Assembly: GCA_964416745.1 (NCBI GenBank)
Contig: CAYQEV010000004.1
Coordinates: forward strand, 1 to 52,472
Direction: 5' to 3'
Length of the DNA stretch: 52,472 nucleotides
Source: an uncultured Woeseia sp.
GTDB lineage: Bacteria > Pseudomonadota > Gammaproteobacteria > Steroidobacterales > UBA11654
The notes beneath the pieces were generated by a model. The model had not been told where the DNA came from. It ran no database searches and saw only the letters and a program-made list of their open reading frames with translations. A program made the position numbers and the translations under genes. This document shows positions 20,405-29,226 of the stretch, in pieces (the first letter of the stretch is position 1; the number at the start of each line of letters is the position of its first letter).

Positions 20405-20977
20405 ATGGAGAAAATCTTAAAATTTAGTTCGACAACAATCAATTTAGCCAATGAGGATATTGATACGGATCAAATAGTCCCGGCTCGATTTCTTACTCTT
20501 CCTTCAAAAGAAGGGATTGGAGATTGTCTTTTTTATGATTGGAGGTTTGACAAATTAGGTCATCCAATAGAAGATTTCGTTCTCAATAAACCAGAGGCTA
20601 AAAACTCTTCTATTCTAGTAGCAGGAAATAATTTTGGGTGTGGATCATCTAGAGAACATGCGCCTTGGGCTCTAGTGGACTTTGGCTTTAAAGCAATTAT
20701 TAGTACCTCATTTGCAGATATCTTTAAAAACAATGCATTAAAGAATGGCTTGATTCCAATTACTGTTCCAGAAGATATGCATAAAAAGTTATTAGGTAAT
20801 GAAGGTTTAGAAGTGGCAGTTGATCTAGATAACCTTAAATTGGAAACTGAGTTAGGCAATTCATGTAGTTTCTCTGTAGATCCATTTTCTAGATATTGTT
20901 TGATGAACGGCATTGATCAACTGGGATATATATTGAGCCAAGAATTAGAAATTACTAACTATGAAACATCACAATGA
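20405..20977 (+). CDS. leuD: 3-isopropylmalate dehydratase small subunit
   Basis: 190 aa with the GNNFGCGSSREHAPWAL motif. Confidence 0.93.
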   Translation: MEKILKFSSTTINLANEDIDTDQIVPARFLTLPSKEGIGDCLFYDWRFDKLGHPIEDFVLNKPEAKNSSILVAGNNFGCGSSREHAPWALVDFGFKAIISTSFADIFKNNALKNGLIPITVPEDMHKKLLGNEGLEVAVDLDNLKLETELGNSCSFSVDPFSRYCLMNGIDQLGYILSQELEITNYETSQ

Positions 20978-22032
20978 AAAGTGTGGTAACAATATTAGCT
21001 GGTGATGGTATTGGTCCAGAGGTTACTAATGAAGCTGTTAAAATACTAAAAGTCATTGAAAAAGAGTTTGGTCATAGTTTTAGCCTAAATAATGCTCTTT
21101 TTGGTGGGATTGCCATCGATGAAACGGGTTCACCCTACCCCCAAGAAACACAGGATCTATGTAAGCAAGCTGATGCTGTTCTTCTAGGGGCTGTTGGAGG
21201 TCCTAAATGGAGCGATCCAAAAGCTAAAACTAGACCTGAAAAAGGTCTCCTTGATATGAGATCTGATTTAGGTGTCTATGCTAATCTAAGACACATCAGG
21301 ACTTACCCTCAATTAATTGATAGCTCTCCAATAAAAAATGACTACTTAGACGACATTGATATTATGTTTGTTCGGGAATTGACTGGCGGTATTTATTTTG
21401 GAGAGAAAGAAAGACTGGATGATTATGCAAAAGATGTTTGTGAATATTCAACCCCAGAGATCCAGCGTATTACTAAGGTTGCAGCTAATCTTGCACAACA
21501 GCGAAGAGGAAAAATTACTTCAGTTGATAAGGCTAATGTAATGGCAACTTCCCAATTATGGAGAAGTGTTACAACTGACTATCTTGGAATTAACTATAAC
21601 AACATTGAACTTGAACATATGTTAGCAGATGCAGCTACTATGCATTTATTATCAAGACCAGGTGATTTTGATGTGGTGCTAGCTGATAACTTGTTTGGAG
21701 ATATTCTTACTGATGAAGCATCAATGTTAACGGGTTCTATAGGCATGATACCGTCTGCATCATTGGGCAATGATAACTTTGGAGTCTATGAACCTATCCA
21801 TGGTTCTGCACCAGATATACAAGGTAAGGAACTAGCTAATCCATGTGGAATTATTTTGTCAGTGTCTATGTTATTACGATACTCATTAGGTCTACAAGAA
21901 GAAGCATCAGCTATAGATAAAGCAGTAGAGTCAGTCCTTGATGATGGAATATTTACAGTAGATTTATCGAAAGATAATTTTGTTAGCACTGTGGATATGG
22001 GCAACGCTATAGCATCTAAAATCTCTTCATAA
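20974..22032 (+). CDS. leuB: 3-isopropylmalate dehydrogenase
   Basis: 352 aa with ILAGDGIGPEV and NLFGDILTDEASMLTGSIGM motifs. ATGA overlap with leuD. Confidence 0.95.
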   Translation: MKSVVTILAGDGIGPEVTNEAVKILKVIEKEFGHSFSLNNALFGGIAIDETGSPYPQETQDLCKQADAVLLGAVGGPKWSDPKAKTRPEKGLLDMRSDLGVYANLRHIRTYPQLIDSSPIKNDYLDDIDIMFVRELTGGIYFGEKERLDDYAKDVCEYSTPEIQRITKVAANLAQQRRGKITSVDKANVMATSQLWRSVTTDYLGINYNNIELEHMLADAATMHLLSRPGDFDVVLADNLFGDILTDEASMLTGSIGMIPSASLGNDNFGVYEPIHGSAPDIQGKELANPCGIILSVSMLLRYSLGLQEEASAIDKAVESVLDDGIFTVDLSKDNFVSTVDMGNAIASKISS

Positions 22033-22050
22033 AACACCCTCTTCTATTAC

Positions 22051-22078
22051 TTGTATTACATAAATAAATAAATATAAT
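22051..22078 (+). promoter_or_regulatory. putative sigma70 promoter of the TrpR-like/his operon
   Basis: TTGTAT (22051-56), a 16-nt spacer, then a perfect TATAAT (22073-78), 33 nt upstream of the ATG at 22111. Confidence 0.4.
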
Positions 22079-22097
22079 GTATTAACACATTAATACA
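22078..22097. promoter_or_regulatory. perfect 8-4-8 inverted repeat, candidate operator
   Basis: TGTATTAA-CACA-TTAATACA. It abuts and overlaps the -10 hexamer. A third TGTATTA half-site at 22052-58 overlaps the -35. Confidence 0.45.
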
Positions 22098-22110
22098 ATA
22101 GTATAAAGTT

Positions 22111-22413
22111 ATGAAATTAGAAAGAGTTTTAACAAATAAAGAAGAGAGAGCTGCCGAAGAAAGATTGTATAAAGCAATTATGTCATTGAGAAATCTTGAT
22201 GAGCATCGTGCATTTTTTGGTGATATTTTTACACCCGCAGAGCTTCAATCAATCAAAGATAGATGGTTAGTAGCAGAATTTCTCAATAAAGGATATACCT
22301 ATAGAGAAATCAACTCTATGACAGGAGTTAGTGTCACCACCATTGGTCGAGTGGCTAGATTTCTATATGACGGTTCAGATGGTTATGCCCTTGCACTAAA
22401 AAGGATTAAATAG
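22111..22413 (+). CDS. TrpR-related YerC/YecD family DNA-binding protein
   Basis: 100 aa. TPAELQSIKDRWLVAEFL..GYTYREINSMTGVSVTTIGRVARFL matches the Trp-repressor-like fold and HTH of the YerC/YecD family. Its stop TAG overlaps the hisG GTG (TAGTG). Confidence 0.8.
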   Translation: MKLERVLTNKEERAAEERLYKAIMSLRNLDEHRAFFGDIFTPAELQSIKDRWLVAEFLNKGYTYREINSMTGVSVTTIGRVARFLYDGSDGYALALKRIK

Positions 22414-23309
22414 TGTCAGAGGCAAGGATAAATATAGCCATACAAAAATCTGGTAGGTTGACTGAACACAGCACTACACTGCTTAAGAAATGTGGACTAA
22501 TTATAAGTCAAACCAAGGATCAATTGATTGGTTATGGAGAAAATATGCCAATCGATCTTATGTTTGTTAGAGACGATGATATTCCTGATTTAATTCAAGA
22601 GAATTTGTGTAGTCTGGGGATCGTTGGACAGAATGTTGCCTTGGAAAAAAAAATAGCCATGGATGATAGTAAGGAGGGTTGTTTATTTAGTTTTGAAGAA
22701 GACTTGAATTTTGGTCAATGCCGCTTAGCTTTTGCTTACCCTGAATCCAGTAATTATCGATCGATTAATGAACTTGAAGGTCAAACAATTGCAACAAGCT
22801 ATCCAAATATTGTTAAGCAATTTCTAAAAGAAAAAAGTTTAAATATTAATGTCACTCAATTTTCTGGGGCAGTTGAACTGGCACCTAGTTTAGGAAAGGC
22901 AGAGGCAATTTGTGACTTGGTTTCTACTGGAAATACTTTGAAGGCTCATAATCTGATTCAGGGTGAGATAGTTTTAGATAGCGTGGCCACTGTTTTACGC
23001 TCGACTCAGATTTTAAGTGATTCGAAAGAAGCTTGGATCAATAAGCTAATTGAAAGAATTAATGGCGTTATACAAGTCAGTGAGAGTAAATATATCATGA
23101 TGCATGCACCTAAGGATTCAATTCAAAAGATAACTGAGCTGTTACCTGGAACAGAAGCACCTACAATCTTGCCACTTGAGGGTACTAATGACACCGTTGC
23201 TGTCCATGTTGTTTGTAAAGAAACAGTCTTTTGGGAAACCCTAGAAGGCTTAAAAGAAATTGGAGCCTCTTCAATACTAGTCGTTCCTCTTGAAAAAATG
23301 TTGATGTGA
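22413..23309 (+). CDS. hisG: ATP phosphoribosyltransferase (long form)
   Basis: 298 aa. RINIAIQKSGRLTEHS aligns with E. coli HisG. The length includes the C-terminal regulatory domain. GTG start. Confidence 0.93.
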   Translation: MSEARINIAIQKSGRLTEHSTTLLKKCGLIISQTKDQLIGYGENMPIDLMFVRDDDIPDLIQENLCSLGIVGQNVALEKKIAMDDSKEGCLFSFEEDLNFGQCRLAFAYPESSNYRSINELEGQTIATSYPNIVKQFLKEKSLNINVTQFSGAVELAPSLGKAEAICDLVSTGNTLKAHNLIQGEIVLDSVATVLRSTQILSDSKEAWINKLIERINGVIQVSESKYIMMHAPKDSIQKITELLPGTEAPTILPLEGTNDTVAVHVVCKETVFWETLEGLKEIGASSILVVPLEKMLM

Positions 23310-23314
23310 AATAG

Positions 23315-24616
23315 ATGTCTATGAAGATAATAAATTGGGATTCATTGTCACTCGAAGAACGGGAATTAAATTTAAAGAGACCTACTATTCGTAATTTAGA
23401 TGATCAGAAAAATATCGTCATAGATATTTTTGAAAACATTAAAAGAAACGGTGATGCTGCACTTCAGAAATACACATTGCAATATGACAATATTGAAATT
23501 AATAACTTCTTGATGACTGATGATGAAATTAATAAGGCAGTAAATAGAACTTCAAATGTATTAAAAGATTCAATAAATTATGCAATATCAAATATAAAAA
23601 AATTTCATGAATACTCAATGGGTATGGAAAAAGATCCTCTTGATATTAATCCAGGTGTTCAATGTCAAACAATTTACCGACCTATTGATTCTGTTGGATT
23701 TTATATACCAGCAGGCAATAACCCACTCGCTTCCACTGTTACCATGCTCGGTATTCCATCAAAACTGGCTGGTAACAAAGAAAGGATTGTTGTTTCTCCA
23801 CCCAATGAAGAAGGTTTGGTTGATGATGTAATTGCTACAGCTGCAGTTTTATGTGGCATTAATAAAATTTATAAAGTTGGTGGAGCACAATCAATTGCTG
23901 CGATGACTTATGGCACTGAGACAATTCCTAAAGTGAGTAAAATCTTTGGACCTGGTAACAGCTGGGTTACTACTGCTAAACAGTTGATATCAACTTTAAA
24001 TATACCTGTTTCTATTGATATGCCAGCAGGACCAACAGAAGTTTTAATCATTAGTGATGGTGACACAAATCCGTTATTCGTTGCTTTTGATCTATTGTCA
24101 CAGGCAGAGCATGGAGTTGATTCACAAGTCATTTTAATAAGTGACGATGAAATATTTCTTAATGAGGTCATAATTGAGATTGAAAACGCATTAAAGAATA
24201 TTTCAACGAAAGAAATTGCAGCTCAATCATTAAAAAACTCAAAGTTTATTTATGTAAAGAATATTAAATGTGCTTTCGATATATCTAATAGCTATTCGCC
24301 TGAGCATTTAATCATTTCAATGAAATCTGCAGAACAATGGTTAGATGCGGTAGAGTCTGCAGGATCCATCTTTTTGGGAGAATGGAGTCCAGAGTCTGCT
24401 GGTGATTATTGCACTGGCACTAATCATGTGCTTCCAACCTCAGGTTTTGCAAACTCATATAGTGGGCTTTCCGTAGATAGTTTCAGAAAAGCTATTTCTG
24501 TACAGAAACTCACAAAAGAAGGCTTAAAATTAATGTCAAATGACATCATTAATTTAGCTAGATCTGAAGGCTTAGAAGCGCATGCAAAAGCTGTCGAAGT
24601 AAGGGTAAATAAATGA
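23315..24616 (+). CDS. hisD: histidinol dehydrogenase
   Basis: 433 aa with conserved HisD motifs (AGPTEVLII, SQAEHG, SPEHL). Confidence 0.95.
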   Translation: MSMKIINWDSLSLEERELNLKRPTIRNLDDQKNIVIDIFENIKRNGDAALQKYTLQYDNIEINNFLMTDDEINKAVNRTSNVLKDSINYAISNIKKFHEYSMGMEKDPLDINPGVQCQTIYRPIDSVGFYIPAGNNPLASTVTMLGIPSKLAGNKERIVVSPPNEEGLVDDVIATAAVLCGINKIYKVGGAQSIAAMTYGTETIPKVSKIFGPGNSWVTTAKQLISTLNIPVSIDMPAGPTEVLIISDGDTNPLFVAFDLLSQAEHGVDSQVILISDDEIFLNEVIIEIENALKNISTKEIAAQSLKNSKFIYVKNIKCAFDISNSYSPEHLIISMKSAEQWLDAVESAGSIFLGEWSPESAGDYCTGTNHVLPTSGFANSYSGLSVDSFRKAISVQKLTKEGLKLMSNDIINLARSEGLEAHAKAVEVRVNK

Positions 24617-25671
24617 AAGTTAAAAGCTTGGTCAGACCCGAGGTCTTGGCTCTAAAGCCATATGTGCCTGCAAAAAAAGTAAAAAATAAAATTAGATTGA
24701 ATGCAAACGAGAGCCCTTATACGGTCACAGAGTTTGCTGCATTGAATAAACTAAATTTATACCCAAATGCAAGGCCTGATGAAATCAAAAATAAAATGGC
24801 TGATTACTTAAACATTAATGAAGATTGCTGCGTTGTGACACGTGGAAGCACTGAAGCCATAGATCTTTTAATTCGTACATTTTGTTCTCCTCATGTAGAT
24901 GAGATCATTATTTTTCCTCCAACTTTTGAGATGTATCAGTTTTATGCTGCAATCCAAGGAATTAAGGTAGTTCCTGTCAACTTAATGAGTGACCATCAAT
25001 ACGCTATTGATACTGAGCTATTTCAAAAGACTGTTTCAAAGAAATCCAAATTAATTTTTATTTGTTCTCCATCAAACCCAATTGGGCATTCATTTGATAA
25101 AGAAACAATCTATTCTATATGCCAAGAAGTTTCTAACACGGGCCTGGTGGTATTAGATGGTGCTTATGCAGAATTTAGTGATTTAAGTGTCTATCGAGAT
25201 ATTCTTCAAGACTTTGACAACGTCGTCATACTTAGGACGCTCTCTAAGGCGTTTGGTTTAGCAGGATCAAGGTGTGGCCTGTTAATTGCTAAGCCTGAAA
25301 TATGTCAATTTATTATGCGAGTAATCCCGCCCTATTCTTTTTCAAAGCTAGCTGAAAAATCTGTTTTAGATGCTTTGTCAAATAAGGGAGTTAAACAATC
25401 CCAAAAAAATATAGAAAAAACTATTCAGGAGAGAGCAATATTGAAAGATAACTTATTAAGATTAGATTCTGTCATCGAGGTATTCCCTTCTGAAACTAAT
25501 TTCTTGTTAGTTAGAGTCAATAATGCGGTTCAATTTTGTAACACAGCGAAAGATTCAGGTTTCCTTCTTAGAGACGTGAGTTACCACCCTACTTTAGAGA
25601 ATTGTGTTCGGATCACTGTTGGTAATAGTGATCAGAATGAAAAATTAATCGAGGGGTTGCAGCATGGTTGA
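24613..25671 (+). CDS. hisC: histidinol-phosphate aminotransferase
   Basis: 352 aa class II aminotransferase (RLNANESP, SKAFGLAGSRCG). ATGA overlap with hisD. Confidence 0.93.
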   Translation: MKVKSLVRPEVLALKPYVPAKKVKNKIRLNANESPYTVTEFAALNKLNLYPNARPDEIKNKMADYLNINEDCCVVTRGSTEAIDLLIRTFCSPHVDEIIIFPPTFEMYQFYAAIQGIKVVPVNLMSDHQYAIDTELFQKTVSKKSKLIFICSPSNPIGHSFDKETIYSICQEVSNTGLVVLDGAYAEFSDLSVYRDILQDFDNVVILRTLSKAFGLAGSRCGLLIAKPEICQFIMRVIPPYSFSKLAEKSVLDALSNKGVKQSQKNIEKTIQERAILKDNLLRLDSVIEVFPSETNFLLVRVNNAVQFCNTAKDSGFLLRDVSYHPTLENCVRITVGNSDQNEKLIEGLQHG

Positions 25672-26743
25672 TCAGGCATTAAAAGTAATTTTTTTAGATC
25701 GTGATGGAACGATAATTTATGAGCCAGAAGATTATCAGGTTGATGATTTATCGAAAATAAAACTTGTACCCAATGTGATATCTTCATTAAAGAAACTCAA
25801 TAATTATGGTTACCATTTTGTGATGATATCTAATCAAGATGGTCTTGGAACTGATTCGTTTCCTCAAGAATCTTTTGATAAATGCCAATCATTCATACTT
25901 GATTTGTTCTCTACTCAAGGAATAGATTTTAAAAAAATTCTGATTTGTCCTCATTTAGATGAGGATCAATGTGACTGCAGAAAGCCTAAAACTGGTCTTC
26001 TTACTGAATTCTTGACCCATGAGAATATTGATACTGCCAGGTCTTATGTCATTGGTGATCGGGACACAGATATGTTGCTTGCAGAAAGGATGACTATTCA
26101 AGGAATCATGATAGATCCTTATGAAGATGATGTCTGGGATAAAATTACAAATAAAATTCTTAGTGTTGATCGTCAGGCTAAGGTTTTAAGAAAATCAAAT
26201 GAAACCGAGATTCTTACACGTGTCAACTTATCGGCATCGTCACCAATTAATATCAACACAGGTATTGGTTTTTTTGATCATATGCTTGAACAACTTGCTA
26301 AACATTCAGGTATATCTATAGAGATTGATTGCAAAGGTGATTTACACATCGATGAACATCATACTGTTGAGGATGTTTCGATTACACTAGGTGAAGCCTT
26401 ATATAGAGCACTTAGCAATAAAGTTGGAATTGGCCGATATGGTTTCACACTTCCAATGGATGATGCTCTTGCTGAAGTTGCTATTGACTTATCAGGACGA
26501 CCTTACTTTAAATTTGAAGGAGAATTTAAGAGGGAAAAGATTGGTGATCTACCAACAGAACTCATTGCTCATTTTTTTCATACTCTTAGTCAAAATATAA
26601 AAGCTAATATTCATATATCAATCAAGGGTGAAGATGATCATCACAAAGCTGAAGCTTGCTTTAAATCTCTTGGAAGAGCTTTATTACAAGCCATTAAGCA
26701 GACTGACAGCGGAGACCTGCCTACCACAAAAGGTTTGTTATAG
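25664..26743 (+). CDS. hisB: bifunctional histidinol-phosphatase / imidazoleglycerol-phosphate dehydratase
   Basis: 359 aa. N-terminal HAD phosphatase (IFLDRDGT, GDRDTD) and C-terminal IGPD with two histidine-rich motifs (IDEHHTVED, GEDDHHKAEA). Confidence 0.95.
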   Translation: MVDQALKVIFLDRDGTIIYEPEDYQVDDLSKIKLVPNVISSLKKLNNYGYHFVMISNQDGLGTDSFPQESFDKCQSFILDLFSTQGIDFKKILICPHLDEDQCDCRKPKTGLLTEFLTHENIDTARSYVIGDRDTDMLLAERMTIQGIMIDPYEDDVWDKITNKILSVDRQAKVLRKSNETEILTRVNLSASSPININTGIGFFDHMLEQLAKHSGISIEIDCKGDLHIDEHHTVEDVSITLGEALYRALSNKVGIGRYGFTLPMDDALAEVAIDLSGRPYFKFEGEFKREKIGDLPTELIAHFFHTLSQNIKANIHISIKGEDDHHKAEACFKSLGRALLQAIKQTDSGDLPTTKGLL

Positions 26744-26745
26744 TA

Positions 26746-27342
26746 GTGAAAAAGCAAGTTGCTATTATTGATTCTATTGGATCTAATCTTGCATCTTTAA
26801 AATTTGCATTAGATCGTATTAAGATAGACTTCATTGTCACTAATGAGGTTAAGCAAATAAGGAATTCCTCACATATTATTCTACCCGGGGTTGGTGCAGC
26901 AAAAAATGCCATGAATAAATTATCTCAACAAGAAATTATTGAGACAATCGCTACTCTCTCACAACCAACATTAGGGATCTGTCTGGGGATGCAGATTTTT
27001 ATGGAACACTCTGAGGAGGATGATACTAGTTGTCTCGGTGTTTTTAGTGATGGTTGTAAATTATTTGAAACCCAAGAGAATTACCCTGTTCCGCATATGG
27101 GTTGGAATACAATTGAACTAGAATCTTCATCCAATCTATCTACTGGTATTACTAGCGGGACACATTTCTACTTTGTGCATAGTTACTATGTTCCTTTGAA
27201 TAGTCAAACTATAGCATCGACGACATACTCTAAAAAATTTTCTTCAATAGTACAAAAAGATAATTTTGTTGGTACACAGTTCCATCCAGAGAAATCAGGT
27301 GAACAGGGTTCTATTCTTTTAAAGAACTTTACTGACCTATAA
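26746..27342 (+). CDS. hisH: imidazole glycerol phosphate synthase, glutaminase subunit
   Basis: 198 aa class I GATase (GICLGMQ, FHPEKS). GTG start. Confidence 0.93.
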   Translation: MKKQVAIIDSIGSNLASLKFALDRIKIDFIVTNEVKQIRNSSHIILPGVGAAKNAMNKLSQQEIIETIATLSQPTLGICLGMQIFMEHSEEDDTSCLGVFSDGCKLFETQENYPVPHMGWNTIELESSSNLSTGITSGTHFYFVHSYYVPLNSQTIASTTYSKKFSSIVQKDNFVGTQFHPEKSGEQGSILLKNFTDL

Positions 27343-27347
27343 ATATT

Positions 27348-28085
27348 ATGAAATTAATTCCTGCAATTGACCTTCTGAATCAAAAATGTGTACGACTTTA
27401 TCAAGGCAATTTTGATGAAGTAACCTATTATGATTTAGATCCAATTGAGCTTGCAAAACATTATCAGAAATTAGGTTGCAACAACCTTCACCTCGTGGAT
27501 TTGAATGGCTCAAGAGACGGTGTTAATACTAATACTCACATAATAGATAACCTTTTAAACTGCACTGACTTAAATATCCAAATGGGAGGGGGAATTAGAA
27601 ACCCAGAGGATATAAATAAATGGTTGAAATCTAATCTGAAACAGCTCGTCATAGGAAGTTTTGCCATAAAAGATTTCAATGTGTTTACTGCATGTTTTGA
27701 TGATGATCAAAAACCAAGAGTTATTATTGCTTTAGATGTCACTATTGTTAATAACTTGCCAATGGTAATGATAGAGGGATGGCAAAAACAGACCGATCTA
27801 GATTTATGGTCGATGATGAATAGATTTAATGACAATGGGTTTTTCAACTTTCTGATAACTGACATCAGCAAAGATGGCACATTACAAGGACCTAATTTAC
27901 TTCTTTATGAAAAGTGCAAGAAACATTCTATAGATTCTAAAATTATTTGTTCAGGTGGAATAAGTAGTTTAAATGATCTTCAAGAACTAAGAGATCTATC
28001 AATGTATGCTGCTGTTGCAGGAAAATCACTTTTAGAACAAAAAATTACAGATAGGGAGATAATAAAATTCTTACAAGAAGAATAA
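27348..28085 (+). CDS. hisA: 1-(5-phosphoribosyl)-5-[(5-phosphoribosylamino)methylideneamino]imidazole-4-carboxamide isomerase
   Basis: 245 aa (KLIPAIDL..., GGGIRN, SGGISS). Confidence 0.93.
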   Translation: MKLIPAIDLLNQKCVRLYQGNFDEVTYYDLDPIELAKHYQKLGCNNLHLVDLNGSRDGVNTNTHIIDNLLNCTDLNIQMGGGIRNPEDINKWLKSNLKQLVIGSFAIKDFNVFTACFDDDQKPRVIIALDVTIVNNLPMVMIEGWQKQTDLDLWSMMNRFNDNGFFNFLITDISKDGTLQGPNLLLYEKCKKHSIDSKIICSGGISSLNDLQELRDLSMYAAVAGKSLLEQKITDREIIKFLQEE

Positions 28086-28834
28086 TACCTTGTCTGGATG
28101 TTAAAGATGGCATGGTGGTTAAAGGAGTAAAATTCAGAAATCATCAAGTTGTTGGAGACATCATTGATTTGGCAAGTAAATATAGCCGTCAAGGAGCAGA
28201 TGAAATCGTCTTCTATGATATAACTGCTAGCCCAGAGGGCAGACGAGTTGATCGTTCATGGATCAATGAAGTTGCAAAACAGATTAATATACCCTTTTGT
28301 GTTGCTGGAGGTATTCAATCAATAGTTGATGCAGAAGAAATACTTAATTTTGGTGCTGATAAGATTTCAATAAATACGCCTGCAATCAATACACCTAAGC
28401 TGATTAATGACCTTGCTGATAAATTTGGCAGTCAGTGTGTAGTAGTTGGCATAGATAGCTTTCAAATGAATGATCAATATAATGTTTATAGCTATACAGG
28501 AGACCCTAATAAAACAAAACAGACCGGTAAACTCACAGGCGAATGGTTAATGGAGGTTCAAGATAGAGGCGCTGGTGAAATTGTACTAAATTGCATGAAT
28601 CAAGATGGCGTTAGGAAAGGTTATGATATTTTACAACTTTCAAAGATGAAGAAACTTTCAAATGTTCCAATCATTGCTTCAGGTGGAGCTGGAACAAAAA
28701 ATCATTTTGTTGATGTTTTTTTAAAAAGTGGTGTTAGTGGCGCATTAGCAGCTTCAGTGTTCCATAAAAATCTCATCAGAATAACTGATTTAAAAACACA
28801 CCTGAAAAATAATAATATAGAGGTAAGATTATGA
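28067..28834 (+). CDS. hisF: imidazole glycerol phosphate synthase, cyclase subunit (apparent ATT start)
   Basis: The frame is open from 28055. Read from the ATT at 28067, the product (M)[25 protein letters not shown] aligns residue-for-residue with E. coli His[36 protein letters not shown] (28054-58) lies 8 nt upstream. The ORF-track ATG at 28112 would delete the conserved RIIPCLDV segment. Confidence 0.9.
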   Translation: MLTRRIIPCLDVKDGMVVKGVKFRNHQVVGDIIDLASKYSRQGADEIVFYDITASPEGRRVDRSWINEVAKQINIPFCVAGGIQSIVDAEEILNFGADKISINTPAINTPKLINDLADKFGSQCVVVGIDSFQMNDQYNVYSYTGDPNKTKQTGKLTGEWLMEVQDRGAGEIVLNCMNQDGVRKGYDILQLSKMKKLSNVPIIASGGAGTKNHFVDVFLKSGVSGALAASVFHKNLIRITDLKTHLKNNNIEVRL

Positions 28835-29136
28835 ATAATATTTCAGATGATTTTATTTTCCAACTAGAAGAAATCATTCAGGAAAGGATCAATAACCCGA
28901 TTAAAGGAAGTTATACCAATAGCCTTTTAGATGGTGGTCGAAGTTTAATTGCTAAAAAGTTAATTGAAGAAAGTGGTGAACTTGCAGTCGCTTATTTAGA
29001 TGATAATCCTACAAGCAGTGATATTATCTGGGAAGCATCTGATCTCATTTATCACATGTTAGTTCTACTTAAGTCTTCCGATTTAGGGTTAAATGAAATT
29101 TCAAGTGAATTAGCAAATAGGCATAAAGATAAATAA
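28831..29136 (+). CDS. hisE: phosphoribosyl-ATP pyrophosphohydrolase (HisE only, no HisI domain)
   Basis: 101 aa MazG-like all-alpha protein ([11 protein letters not shown]...KKLIEESGE...[13 protein letters not shown]). ATGA overlap with hisF. Confidence 0.9.
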   Translation: MNNISDDFIFQLEEIIQERINNPIKGSYTNSLLDGGRSLIAKKLIEESGELAVAYLDDNPTSSDIIWEASDLIYHMLVLLKSSDLGLNEISSELANRHKDK

Positions 29137-29226
29137 TACGACTCTCTTACCGTCCACCTCAAAAAAAATATTCCTCATAATAATGAAAAATAAAAGAGGT
29201 TAAAATAAAGATTATTGATTACCGAT

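Noticed and set aside
28112-28834. The ORF-track version of hisF, starting at the ATG at 28112 (240 aa).
   Set aside because: It would remove the conserved N-terminal (M)L..RIIPCLDV segment, which is encoded in-frame immediately upstream. The longer reading from the ATT at 28067, which has a GGGAG RBS, fits the family alignment.
29137-29226. A terminator between the convergent hisE and FAD-oxidase genes.
   Set aside because: Only CCTC...GAGG complementarity with a very long loop is present, so no convincing stem-loop plus T-tract could be identified by eye.
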